Origin: an uncultured delta proteobacterium
GTDB taxonomy: Bacteria; Myxococcota; UBA727; VGSZ01
Length of the DNA stretch: 64,000 nucleotides
Direction of reading: 5' to 3'
Assembly: GCA_963775425.1 (NCBI GenBank)
Contig: CAVZJB010000005.1
Coordinates: 384,001 to 448,000, forward strand
Below the pieces are notes generated by a model, which saw only the letters and a program-made list of their open reading frames with translations, was not told the origin of the DNA and searched no databases. The stretch's first letter is position 1. Each line of letters opens with the position of its first letter. Positions 33,451 through 43,684 of this stretch are shown in pieces. Position numbers and translations under genes: made by a program.

Positions 33451-34593
33451 GACCGAGTATCTCTACTGGACCAACTTCAGCCCGGGCAAAGTCGTGACGG
33501 GAACGCGTGCTGGCGAAGACGTCGTCGACTTGGTCCCGAGCGGCGTCACCAACGCTAGTGGGATCGCCATCGACCAACAAGATGGCCTGATCTTCTTCAC
33601 GGACGGTTCCGCCAACAAGATCCTACGCTCTGACTTGGACGGCTCGAACGTCGTTGAGCTTCTCGCGCTCTCAGCCGCTCCGTTCTCGATCGACCTCGAT
33701 CCGGTTCGTCAGAAGATGTGGTGGGTAGAGTCGGCCCCCGGTGTTTGGTCTGCCAACGCCGACGGATCGCAGCCGACGCTTGTTGTCGATACTTGGCCCT
33801 ACTACGCCCTGTCACTCGCCATCGATAGTCAGAACGGAAAGATCTACTGGACAGATCTTCGTGCGAGCGCAGACGGCCACGTGCATCGAGCTGACCTTGA
33901 CGGCTCCAACATCGAGGACTTCTTCATCGTCCCCTATTACGAGACGGGCATCGCGCTCGACGTCGATCATGGGTTCTTCTATGTCGTGCAGTCCAAGGAC
34001 GGAACGCTTGGACAATACGAGATCGTCAAGTGCACGCTCGACGGCTCGTCCCGAGGAACGATTGTCAGCGGTCTCCATTCTGCCAATGACATCGCGGTCG
34101 ATCCGAGCGCAGGCATGATCTACTGGACGGACCTGCGCTCGGGCACGATCTCTCGCGCAGGCCTGGACGGGAGCTCTCCGACGACGATCCTTACGATCCC
34201 GGGCGGAAGTCCTCGTGGCATTGCTCTCCCGTGAGAGCCGTCGCGCATCCCACAGAACCACAACTCGGAGCGGATGGGAGATGCGCAATGCGTGAGCGAA
34301 CGTGGAGACCGCACCGAACGACTGAGACCGCGAGGAGAGCGGCGAGGTCTTCGTGCTGTAAGGGTCATCCAATCTTGTCTCGGCGCATCGACCCCGTAGC
34401 TCCTCAATCCTCGTTCCCACGCCCATCTCCCCTCATCGCCGTCGGCGTCGCCCTCACGAAGGCCGGGGCGACGCCGGCGAGCGAGCACCGGCCTTTCATC
34501 GCTTGAGGCCGAGCCCTCCTCAGCCACGGCGAACGACAGGCGTTGCCCTCCGAGCCCGCACCTCTGCCGGACCAGCTCTCGCATGGCCATCGG

Positions 34594-35025
34594 TCACCGA
34601 TCCCAGTCACGCATCCAGTAGGTCGTCGCTCTGCCCCTGCCCTTCGTGACGACCCCGGACGTCCGCACCAGGTAGTCGAGCGAAGCCTTGACCATCTCCG
34701 CCGTCGTACGAAGCGCCTCCGCGATCACGTCGAGCCGCCGCCCGCCCCCGCCGCGAACGATCTCGCGCAACACCGCCTCCGGACCGACGTAGCCCTTAGC
34801 CACCGACGGTCGTCGCCTTGGCAAAGGAGCTTTCCTTCTACTGCGCCGTGCCTTCTTCCCGCTCCTCGATCGGCGACCGGAGGGAGCGGCCGCGCTCGAT
34901 CGCAACCGACGACCGCGCTCGACCGCATCATCGACCGCCGCGACGAGCGTGGTCACGACAGCCCTGCTGAACCCGGCTCCGCGCCCGCGGCCTTTTCGCG
35001 CGCGAGGTATCGCGCCCCGGGTCAT
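34594..35025 (-). CDS. small basic protein with C-terminal winged-helix (putative DNA-binding)
   Basis: Arg/Lys-rich linker then EAVLREI..GGGRRLDVIAEAL...SLDYLV..G.V..KGRGRATTY. Confidence 0.55.
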   Translation of the reverse strand: MTRGAIPRARKGRGRGAGFSRAVVTTLVAAVDDAVERGRRLRSSAAAPSGRRSRSGKKARRSRRKAPLPRRRPSVAKGYVGPEAVLREIVRGGGGRRLDVIAEALRTTAEMVKASLDYLVRTSGVVTKGRGRATTYWMRDWDR

Positions 35026-35344
35026 GACGACTTCGCCTTTCCCGCCGAAGCCGCCTCCGTCGGCACGATCGCGCCACGTCCGGCACAGGTAGTTGACGCC
35101 GTTCACCTGACATCGTCGAGGGCGCTCGTTGCCGACTTTTCGCGATGTGGAACGGGTCGAGGCACACGATCGCCCGCGGGCATCCGGAAGACGAATGGCG
35201 AGGGAAAGCCGGTGCCGACGAGGATGCCGTCGCCGTGACACGCAACCGTGCACGTGAGCCGCACGCGCTCGCCGTACACGCGACCGCTCGCCCATCACGC
35301 TCAGCCGCGTTCCAATGGCTCTTCGGTGGACACGCGCCATGAAA

Positions 35345-35368
35345 GCGGGGGGCAAGCCCCCGCCCTAC
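35345..35368 (-). repeat. GTAG-type REP element
   Basis: Minus strand GTAGGGCGGGGGCTTGCCCCCCGC: GTAG tetranucleotide followed by GC palindrome. Confidence 0.55.
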
Positions 35369-35455
35369 GGGTCGCCGACGTGCGCGGAAGAGCGGGGCGT
35401 CGCGCAGCCGGGCCGCACCACGTGCCAGTGCGGCTCTCCGATCGAGGCCGTGGTG

Positions 35456-36506
35456 TCAGAGCTCGAACATGATGAGCTTCAGGATCTGCTCCTGACCCTC
35501 ACCGATGCCGGGCTCCTCGTGGAACGAGGAGTAGACGACGCGCCCGGAGCCGTGGTCGAAGCCGACGGTCATCGGGACGTTGTCGAGCACGCTGCCGTCG
35601 AGGAGCGGGACGCCGTCGGCCTTGATGTAGACGTCGACGTCCGGGGCGGTGCCGACCATCACGCTCCACGTGGTGAGCCCGAAGTGCAGCCCGACCACCC
35701 CCGAGCCCATGCGCTGCGCGAGCGCCGGGTCGATGACGTTGGCCTGGAGCTCGGCGAGGTCGCCCTGGTCGCCGGCGCCGCGCACGTCGTCGGCGCCCAG
35801 GAAGTCGATCTTGTCGGGGAAGGCGACCTCGATGAGGTCGTACGCCTGGTCCGCGGCGTAGAGGCTGCCGCCGCGGGCGACGAAGTCGCGCAGGCGCTGC
35901 TGCATCTCGGGGTGGGCCATGTACGTGGCCTCGTTGCTCCGGCAGTTGAGGAAGAGGATGTCGTAGTTGTCGAGGCCGTCGTCGGTGGCGAGGAGCTGCT
36001 CGGCCCAGTCGCTCTGGTAGACGTCGAGCGTGGCGAGGTCGATGCCGAGCTCCTGCAGGACGCCCTCGACGCGGTCGTAATTGCTGCCGTGGACCACCGC
36101 GATGCGCAGGAGCGGATCGAGGCCGCACGCGTCGTCGGGCAGGGTGACGACGTCGTTCGCGGGGACCTCCACATCGCGCACGATGTCGACGCCGCCCTTG
36201 GTGATGTGCACGCGCTGCGGGCCCGCGACCACGCCGTCGAGCCGGAAGCGGCCGTCGGCGTCGGTGACGCCGGTGACGCGGTCGCCGCCGGCGGGGGCGA
36301 TGACGACGTCCGCGGCCGCGAGCCAGGTGGTGCCGTCGGGCTGACAGAATCCGGCCGGCCACCGAGCCGAGCGTGGGCTCGGGCTCCGGATCCGGTGCCG
36401 GCTTCTCCGGCGGCGGCTTGGTGGCGACCTGCTGGAGCGGCTCGACGCCGCAGTCGCACGAGGAGACCACCAGGAGCCCGAACGCGAGGACGAGGGCACG
36501 ATTCAT
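35456..36506 (-). CDS. lipoprotein with carboxypeptidase-regulatory-like domain and GATase-like C-terminal domain; apparent +1 frameshift at 36348-36349
   Basis: MNRALVLAFGLLVVSSC..GSVAGRI in one frame continues as CQPDGTTWL..TDADGRFRL..YDILFLNC..VYSSFH in another; span is 3n+1. Confidence 0.7.
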
Positions 36507-36652
36507 GGTCGCCTTGCTAGCGGCGCCGAACGCACTCGGCAACCACGCTCGCGACCGACGATGTGCGTCGGATCGCAGCCGGATCGGCGCCTCACCGCGG
36601 CTCGCGCGGGCGGGCGCCCTCTCGTATGCTGCGCCTCCTCGGAGAGCCGCCC

Positions 36653-38275
36653 ATGAGCCAACGCTTCGACACCCTCGTCCTCGGCAGCGGCGCCGCCGGG
36701 CTCACGTACGCGTTGAAGATGGCGGAGAGCGGCACGGTGGCCGTCGTCACCAAGCGCGACCGGATGTCGAGCAACACCCGCTACGCGCAGGGCGGCATCG
36801 CCGTCGTCGTCGACAAGACCGACTCGTTCGACGCGCACATCAAGGACACCGTCGTCGCCGGCGACGGCCTCAACAAGATCGACATCGTGCGCATGTGCGT
36901 GGAGGAGGGGCCCGCGCGGCTGCAGGAGCTGCTCGGGCTCGGCGTGCAATTCACCCGCAACCCCGACGACAGCGGCCTCGACCTCACGCGCGAGGGTGGC
37001 CACACCGCGCGCCGCGTGGTGCACGCCAAGGACACCACCGGCCTGTCCATCGAGGAGGCGCTCGTCACGGCCGCGAGCGCGCACCCGAACATCGCGTTCT
37101 TCGAGGACCACCACGTCGTCGACCTGATCACCCGGCGCAAGCTCGACGCGTCGTCGTCGTATCGTCGGCGCGGCGAGGGCGATCGCTGCCTCGGCGCCTA
37201 CGTGCTCGACCAGAAGACCAACGCGATCGAGGCGTTCCTCGGCGGCGTGGTGATGCTCGCCACCGGCGGCGCCGGCAAGGTCTACATCTATACGACCAAC
37301 CCCGACGTCGCCACGGGCGACGGCATCGCCATGGCGTATCGCGCGGGGTGCTCCGTCGCCAACATGGAGTTCTTCCAGTTCCATCCCACGGCGTTGTTCC
37401 ACCCGGCGGCGAAGAACTTCCTCATCACCGAGGCCTGCCGCGGCGAGGGCGGCGTCCTGCGGCGCCTCGACGGCGCCGCGTTCATGGCCGACTACCACCC
37501 GATGAAGGACCTCGCGCCGCGCGACATCGTCGCCCGCGCCATCGACGCGGAGCTCAAGCGCACCGGCGACAGCCACGTCGTCCTCGACATGACGCACCTG
37601 AAGCCGGACTTCCTCGACCACCACTTCCCCGGGGTGTCCGCGCAGTTGCTTCGCTTCGGGATCGACATGAAGACGCAGCCGATCCCGGTGGTGCCGGCGG
37701 CGCACTATTGCTGCGGCGGGGTCGTCGTCGACAAGGACGGCCGTACGGCGCTGCCCGGCTTGCTCGCCGCGGGCGAGACCACACACACCGGCTTGCACGG
37801 GGCCAATCGCCTCGCGTCCAACTCGTTGCTCGAGGCCGTTGTCTACGGCCACCGGGCGGCGCAGGTCTCACGGGAAATCCAACGCGACCCTCCGTCGTTG
37901 GATGTGGAGGTGCCCGAGTGGAACACCGGCTTCGCCACCGATCCCGACGAAAACGTGCTGGTCTCGCACGCGTGGGACGAGGTGCGCGCGCTGATGTGGA
38001 ACTACGTCGGCATCGTGCGCAGCAACAAGCGCCTGACGCGGGCCCAGTCCCGCCTGGCGCTGCTCGAAAAGGAGATCCGGGAGGACTACTGGAACTTCGT
38101 CCTCACCCGGGACTTCATCGAGCTGCGCAACATCAGGCTGGTTGCCTCACTCGTCGTCGAGTGCGCGCTCATGCGGCAGGAGAGCCGCGGACTGCACTAC
38201 ACTCTCGACTACCCCACACGGGACGACGCACACTGGCTGCGTGACACCGTGGTGATGAAGGGAAGCCGCTCATGA
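36653..38275 (+). CDS. nadB: L-aspartate oxidase
   Basis: GSGAAGL FAD motif, YAQGGIA, REGGH, QFHPT, LAPRDIVARAI, GLHGANRLASNSLLE, ESRGLHY. Confidence 0.96.
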   Translation: MSQRFDTLVLGSGAAGLTYALKMAESGTVAVVTKRDRMSSNTRYAQGGIAVVVDKTDSFDAHIKDTVVAGDGLNKIDIVRMCVEEGPARLQELLGLGVQFTRNPDDSGLDLTREGGHTARRVVHAKDTTGLSIEEALVTAASAHPNIAFFEDHHVVDLITRRKLDASSSYRRRGEGDRCLGAYVLDQKTNAIEAFLGGVVMLATGGAGKVYIYTTNPDVATGDGIAMAYRAGCSVANMEFFQFHPTALFHPAAKNFLITEACRGEGGVLRRLDGAAFMADYHPMKDLAPRDIVARAIDAELKRTGDSHVVLDMTHLKPDFLDHHFPGVSAQLLRFGIDMKTQPIPVVPAAHYCCGGVVVDKDGRTALPGLLAAGETTHTGLHGANRLASNSLLEAVVYGHRAAQVSREIQRDPPSLDVEVPEWNTGFATDPDENVLVSHAWDEVRALMWNYVGIVRSNKRLTRAQSRLALLEKEIREDYWNFVLTRDFIELRNIRLVASLVVECALMRQESRGLHYTLDYPTRDDAHWLRDTVVMKGSRS

Positions 38276-38835
38276 AACGCATCGTCGTCGTCACCGTCGC
38301 CACCGCTGTCTCGCTCGCGCTCGCCTCGTGCAGCTCGTGCAACAAGAAGGAGGACGCGCCGCCTCCCCCGAAGAAGGTGGACCCGCACGGGCCGCCGCAG
38401 ATGCCGATGGCCGGCACCGACGCGGACAACAAGCGCATCGCCGCGCTCGATCTCCAAAAGAAGATCGACGCCGGCCTCGCGACCTTCCAGCACGACGAAA
38501 AGCCCATGGCCGCCGCCGCCGGCGCGCCGCAGCGCAAGGCCGAGTGCTGGTGGGTGGAGGGCACCCCGCGCGCGCCCAAGAAGCTCGTCATCTCCGATCT
38601 CGACGCGAGCGGCGCCGTGCAGTCGAGCGTCGACATGTACTTCGACGACAAGGGCATGCTCGAGTACGCCCACGCCCCCGACGGCCACTTCGTCTTCCAC
38701 ATGGAGGGCCTGGCCCTCTGGCTGGACCCGCAGCAGCGCGTCAAGCGCGGCGTGAAGCCGCAGGACGCGAGCGCGCGGGCGAAGGCGCTCAAGAAGGACA
38801 TGAACGACGCCCTGGCCCTCTTCAAGATCCGCTGA
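38272..38835 (+). CDS. hypothetical lipoprotein
   Basis: ATGA overlap with nadB; LASC lipobox. Confidence 0.7.
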   Translation: MKRIVVVTVATAVSLALASCSSCNKKEDAPPPPKKVDPHGPPQMPMAGTDADNKRIAALDLQKKIDAGLATFQHDEKPMAAAAGAPQRKAECWWVEGTPRAPKKLVISDLDASGAVQSSVDMYFDDKGMLEYAHAPDGHFVFHMEGLALWLDPQQRVKRGVKPQDASARAKALKKDMNDALALFKIR

Positions 38836-38886
38836 GCCGCGCCGGCGCGCTCGACCCCGCTCGATCGCCCGCCGCGGCGGGGACGT

Positions 38887-39321
38887 TCAGCGCTTGAAGG
38901 TGCGCACCGCCGACTTGAGATCGGGCTCGGCGGCGATGTTCAGGCTGCGCGCGTGGGTGGCGGCGGTGCGCACCGTGGCCACCAGGTGCTGCAAGCGCCA
39001 CGGCTTGGTGATCACGGCGTGGGCGCCGCCGTTTATCACCGCCTCCGCCGCCATCTCGCGGCTCGACTGCCCGCTCATGAGCACCCGCGCGATCTTCGGG
39101 TGCGTGGCGCGCAGCGAGGCGAGCAGGTCGATGCCGTCGCGCCCGGGCATCAGGTAGTCGCTGACGACGACGTCGACGGCGTGCTCGTCGACGATGGACT
39201 CCGCGTCCTTGGCGCTCGCCGAGGTGAGGACGTCCCACTCCTGCGCCCTCGCGATCTTCACCAGCGCTTCAAGCGCTTCGGCGTCGTCATCGATGAACAG
39301 GACGCGGATCGGTTTCGACAC
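38887..39321 (-). CDS. single-domain response regulator (receiver)
   Basis: VLFIDDD, VVSDYLMPGRDG, MSG, KPW; GTG start at 39321 inferred. Confidence 0.88.
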   Translation of the reverse strand: MSKPIRVLFIDDDAEALEALVKIARAQEWDVLTSASAKDAESIVDEHAVDVVVSDYLMPGRDGIDLLASLRATHPKIARVLMSGQSSREMAAEAVINGGAHAVITKPWRLQHLVATVRTAATHARSLNIAAEPDLKSAVRTFKR

Positions 39322-39506
39322 GGCGATCCAGCATGCGACCTCCCGCGTCCGCCAACAACGCGCGTGCGTGAAGCGTCGCAAACTGCGACGCCCGTGCGTG
39401 CGCGGACCGCGCGGGGGTGCAACGAACGTTGACACGCTGTCTCGAGCTGCGCGCGGATCCACGCGGCCTTGCGCGCCTCACGCCCCTGCCCGTCCTTGGC
39501 GACCGC

Positions 39507-40430
39507 TCAGAAGCTCCAGGCTTCGAGCACGCTGTCGCCCGTGTCCTGAGACAGGACGATCTCGAACGCGGAGTCCGTGGGCTTGAACGCGAGCGTGCCG
39601 GCGTCGTCGCCGCCGCGCGTGAGCGTGCCGTGGGTCTGGCCCCAGAAGTCGGGCTCCTCGGGGACGCCGTCGAGGAACGAGCGCCGGATGAGGCCGTCGT
39701 CGAGCGAGAACGACGCGCCGTCGACCTCGCCCTCGAGGGTGAGCGCCGTGTTCCGGTTCTCGGCCGCGTTGTCGACGATGACGACCACGTTCGTGTCTGT
39801 CTCGTGCGCCGTGATGTCGAGGCCGTCGCCGGTGACCGTGAGCGTGCGCTCGGCGCTGCCGTCGTACTGCACCGAGCCCTGGTCGAACCGCGTGGTGTCC
39901 GTGCCGGTCTCGTCGAGGGTGACGCCGTAGCTGTCGCCGCCGTCGCGCACGCTGCCGTCGGCGTGACGCGTGGAGGCGCCGCCGGCGATCCTCGACGAGA
40001 GCGTGAGGTCGAACGCGCCCGCGCGCACCGCGCGGCACGCGACGTCGTGGTCGCGCAGGAAGGCCTCGTGGATGGTGGCCACCGAGGTGTCGTAGTCCGC
40101 GCGCGTCACCTGGTAGCGCGTGGTGGCGTCCTTCTGCACGAGGACGAGGGCGTCGGCGGGGGCGTCGTCGTAGGTGGTGCTTTCGCCGGTGGTGTCCACG
40201 GTGCCGTGCGTGACGGGCACCGTGGTCCCCGTGAGCTGCGCGGCCGCCACGGCGACGTCGAGGCACAAAGACACCTGCTCGTCCACGGTGAAGCGCGGCA
40301 GCACGTCGGCCGTCACCGCGCGCACCGAGGGATCCGTGTCGGAGCCGCCGTCGCCACCGCCGGGCGGCGCGCAGGCGAGCGCGAGCGTGGCGACGACGGA
40401 CGCGGCGGCGATGGAGAGGTGCGTGCGCAT
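39507..40430 (-). CDS. hypothetical lipoprotein, beta-rich
   Basis: LALAC lipobox; Thr/Asp-rich beta strands. Confidence 0.65.
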   Translation of the reverse strand: MRTHLSIAAASVVATLALACAPPGGGDGGSDTDPSVRAVTADVLPRFTVDEQVSLCLDVAVAAAQLTGTTVPVTHGTVDTTGESTTYDDAPADALVLVQKDATTRYQVTRADYDTSVATIHEAFLRDHDVACRAVRAGAFDLTLSSRIAGGASTRHADGSVRDGGDSYGVTLDETGTDTTRFDQGSVQYDGSAERTLTVTGDGLDITAHETDTNVVVIVDNAAENRNTALTLEGEVDGASFSLDDGLIRRSFLDGVPEEPDFWGQTHGTLTRGGDDAGTLAFKPTDSAFEIVLSQDTGDSVLEAWSF

Positions 40431-40502
40431 GAGGCGCGCACCCTAGCGCAGGGCCGCGGGAGCGTCAGCGGGCGCCTTCGGTCAGCGGGCGGCCTCGCTC
40501 GC

Positions 40503-41867
40503 TCAGCGTGCGGCCTCGGTCAGCTCGATCATCTTCTCGAGCGCCTTGCGCGCGTCCGCCGCCAGCTCGTCGCGGCTCGCGGCGTCGAGCCGCTCGCGGA
40601 AGCCGGTGGCCTCGTCGACGACGTCGCCGGGCAGCACGCGGTTGAGCTCGGGCGCCCGGTCGTGCCGAAGGAGGTCGAGCATGCCCACGAGGTGGGGCGG
40701 GTCGTTCCTCGACATGGTGGCGCAGCCGCAGCCGAGCGACGCCGCGCCCTTCACGTGCGCGGGGACGTCGGCGAGGTTGACGACGTCGACGCCCCTCTGC
40801 TTGCCCACGTCGCGCGCGTTCCGCACGAAGTGCCCCTCGGTGCCGATGGCGAGCTTGTCGCCGGCCTTGGCCTCGTCGAGGGCCTTCCACAGGTACGCGG
40901 TGGAGCCGGCGCCGTCGGCGGCGTCGACCACCTCCTGCGTGCACTCCGGGTGCACGAGCACGCGATAGCCCTGCGCGCGCCAGTACTCGATCTGCGGCAC
41001 CTTGAAGACCATGTGCACGCCGCAGAAGCTGCCCCACAACACCAGCTCCGCCGCGTCCACCCGCGCCCGCGTGGCCTCGTCGAACGCCATGTTGGCGCCG
41101 TCCCAGCCGCCCTTCCACAGGAAGGTCTTGTCCGGCGGGATCCCGACCTTCTTGCCCGCGTTCCTGCCGAGGTGCTCGTCGGGGACGAACAGGATCTTCT
41201 TTCCCTGCTCCTTCGCCCACTTCATGATCACGGCGGCGTTCGACGACGTGCACACGGCGCCGCCGGTCTTGCCCGCCAGCGCCTTCAGCCGCCCCGACGT
41301 GTTCATGTAGCAGACGACCATGAGGTCGTCGCCGTAGCGGTCGAAGAGCGCGTCGAAGAGCGGCAGCACCATGTCCTCTTTGGCGAGCGCCTCCATGGTG
41401 CAGCCCGACTTGGGGTTCGTGATGTAGACGCTCTGATCGTCGTGCTTCAACAGCGCGATGGTCTCCGCCATGAAGTGCACCGCGCTCTCGACGAAGATCT
41501 TGCGCTCCGGGTTGTTCACCGCCTGCTTGGCGAGCACGTAGCTGTCGGCGATGCGGCCGCCGTAGCGCTCGACGAGCTTCACGATCTCGCCGCCCATGTA
41601 GTAGTGCGCGAGGAGCATGAGCTTGTCGCCGAAGTGCTCGAGCGCCGGCAGGATGTAGCCGTCCATCCAGGGCAGCACGGTCTCCGGCCGGCGGTCCGGC
41701 AGCGCCAGGTACTCGTCGGCGTAGGGCTTGAGCTCCTCCTGGTACCAGTCGAGGGGCAGGTCGGTCTGGCAGATGTCCATGCCCGGCGTGAGCCGGATGC
41801 CGCTCGACTTCATCGAGCGATCGACCTCGACGGTGCGCTTCTTGGTGATGGAGACCAGGGAGGCCAT
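40503..41867 (-). CDS. nadA: quinolinate synthase
   Basis: LAHYY, DSY, VHFMAET, GCTM, CYMNTS, CTSSNA, PDEHLGRN, CGVH, VHPEC, CATM (three Fe-S Cys). Confidence 0.93.
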   Translation of the reverse strand: MASLVSITKKRTVEVDRSMKSSGIRLTPGMDICQTDLPLDWYQEELKPYADEYLALPDRRPETVLPWMDGYILPALEHFGDKLMLLAHYYMGGEIVKLVERYGGRIADSYVLAKQAVNNPERKIFVESAVHFMAETIALLKHDDQSVYITNPKSGCTMEALAKEDMVLPLFDALFDRYGDDLMVVCYMNTSGRLKALAGKTGGAVCTSSNAAVIMKWAKEQGKKILFVPDEHLGRNAGKKVGIPPDKTFLWKGGWDGANMAFDEATRARVDAAELVLWGSFCGVHMVFKVPQIEYWRAQGYRVLVHPECTQEVVDAADGAGSTAYLWKALDEAKAGDKLAIGTEGHFVRNARDVGKQRGVDVVNLADVPAHVKGAASLGCGCATMSRNDPPHLVGMLDLLRHDRAPELNRVLPGDVVDEATGFRERLDAASRDELAADARKALEKMIELTEAAR

Positions 41868-41920
41868 GGGCGACCGTACCCTTGGTCCCGGTCCCGGCCA
41901 AGCTGTGGCAGCATCCGCCC

Positions 41921-42457
41921 ATGCTCTCCGTCGCCCTGCTCGTGTGCGCCGTCGCCGGATCTCCCGCGCCCGCGGAGGCGTCGGCGACGTCCCCTGCGGC
42001 GCCGGTGGTCACCTCCGATGACCGCGCGGCGGCGGCGACCACGTCGGGCATCGGCGCGTTCGTCGGCGTCGCCCTCGGCGGCGTCGTCGTGCCCGGCACC
42101 GCGGGCCTGATCGGCGGCTTCATCGGGCTGCGGCCGTCGGCGTCGGATCAGCTCCTGCTCACGACCATCGGCGGCGCGGCCGGCGCAGCGGCGGGCGGCA
42201 TCCTCGGCGCCATCCCCACCACGGAGCCGTGGATCGGCGAGCCCGCGGTGGGCGCGGCGGCCGCGCTGGGCGCCCTCGTCGGCCTCGTCCCCGCGATGAT
42301 CGTCGCGCAGCAGAAGCCGAAGACCAGTGATCCCAACGATCCGATCCGCCTGGCCCAGAGCGCCTGCCTTTTCACCGCCGTCGCCGCCGCTTCGGGCGCC
42401 GCCGCAGGCGCCGGCGCGCTCCTCGCCGCGCCCAAAGCGCGTCCTGCCGCGGAGTAG
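41921..42457 (+). CDS. hypothetical Gly/Ala-rich membrane protein
   Basis: Signal peptide plus glycine-zipper-like hydrophobic segments. Confidence 0.55.
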   Translation: MLSVALLVCAVAGSPAPAEASATSPAAPVVTSDDRAAAATTSGIGAFVGVALGGVVVPGTAGLIGGFIGLRPSASDQLLLTTIGGAAGAAAGGILGAIPTTEPWIGEPAVGAAAALGALVGLVPAMIVAQQKPKTSDPNDPIRLAQSACLFTAVAAASGAAAGAGALLAAPKARPAAE

Positions 42458-42568
42458 CCAAGAGCCCTACCTGTAGGTCGCTCTCCCATCGGTCGCTCAC
42501 CGGATACGGGGTGGGGAACCCGGATCGTAGGTGGGACAGGACTCGGGTTTCGTCCGTCCGGAGGAATC

Positions 42569-43675
42569 ATGCTGCGACGCCTTCTTGTCGCCTTCGCCCC
42601 GCTGTTGCTCGCTTTCGCCGCCCAGGCGAGGCCGGAGTACCTCTCCTACTTCCCGAACAGCTCGACCATCGACGGCAACGGCTGCGTCAACTGCCATATC
42701 TCGTCGTTCGGCGGCGGCTCGCGCAACAGCTTCGGCAACGCCATGGGCAACGCGGGCCTCAACTGGGGCTCCGTGTGCCACAACGACAGCGACGGCGACG
42801 GCCAGACCAACGGCCAGGAGCTCGGAGATCCGGACTGCGTGTGGACCCGCGGCGCCAGCCCCGCGCGCACGAGCGCCATCTCGAACCCGGGCAAGTCGTC
42901 GTCCACCTCGTCGAACCCCGACGGCGGCTCCGTCCAGGGCGGCGAAGGTGAAGGCGAAGGCGAAGGCGAAGGGGAGGGCGAGGGCGAGGGCGACACCGGC
43001 GACGTCCCGCTGCAGTGCCCCGCGAACGCCACGCTCACCGCGAGCGGCTGCGCGTGTGGCGCCGGCTACGTCGCCGACAGTGCCGGAAGCGCCTGCGTCC
43101 AGGGCAGTGCGGCCTCGTGGCAGTGCGACCCGTCGTGGTTGGGCGACGGCGAGTGCGACTGCGGCTGCGGCGCCCAGGACACCGACTGCCCCGACAACAG
43201 CATCAACTCCTGCCAATGGAACGACTGCGACGCCTGGCAGCCGACGCAAGGCCTCCAGCCGAGCAGCACCAACCCCACGCAGTGCAGCGGTGGCGTCTCC
43301 GCGGGCGGCGGCGACACCGCCGTCGCCGGCACCTGCCCGGCCAACTCCACGCGCAGCGGCAACGGCTGCACCTGCAGCGGCGGCGCCACCGTCAACGCCA
43401 GCCACACCGCCTGCGTGCTCCCGCTCGGCGAGGGCGAGGGTGAGGCCGGCGAGGGCGAGGGCGAGGCCGGTGAAGGGGAGGGCGAAGGCCAGGCCGGCGA
43501 GGGCGAGGGCGAGGGGGAAGGTGAAGGCGGCGGCCCCGCCGGCGGCCCCGGCGCCGTCCCCGACGTGCCCGTGGAGCAGGTGTGGCCGGGCTGCACGTCG
43601 ACGTCGGGCAGCGGCCTGTCGTGGGCGGCGCTCGCGCTCTTCGCCGTGCTCGTGCGCCCGCGCAAGAAGAGGTAG
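42569..43675 (+). CDS. secreted temptin-like/CxxCH domain protein with (GE)n linkers, Cys-rich repeats and MYXO-CTERM-like anchor
   Basis: GGAGG RBS; signal peptide; CVNCH..GGGSRNSFG..DSDGDGQTNGQELGDPDCVW; GC...TM..RPRKKR tail. Confidence 0.8.
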   Translation: MLRRLLVAFAPLLLAFAAQARPEYLSYFPNSSTIDGNGCVNCHISSFGGGSRNSFGNAMGNAGLNWGSVCHNDSDGDGQTNGQELGDPDCVWTRGASPARTSAISNPGKSSSTSSNPDGGSVQGGEGEGEGEGEGEGEGEGDTGDVPLQCPANATLTASGCACGAGYVADSAGSACVQGSAASWQCDPSWLGDGECDCGCGAQDTDCPDNSINSCQWNDCDAWQPTQGLQPSSTNPTQCSGGVSAGGGDTAVAGTCPANSTRSGNGCTCSGGATVNASHTACVLPLGEGEGEAGEGEGEAGEGEGEGQAGEGEGEGEGEGGGPAGGPGAVPDVPVEQVWPGCTSTSGSGLSWAALALFAVLVRPRKKR

Positions 43676-43684
43676 GGTCCGCGC

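Noticed and set aside
42460-42560. Short palindromes upstream of the temptin-like gene as a structured RNA
   Set aside because: Stems are short and no known riboswitch consensus was recognisable.
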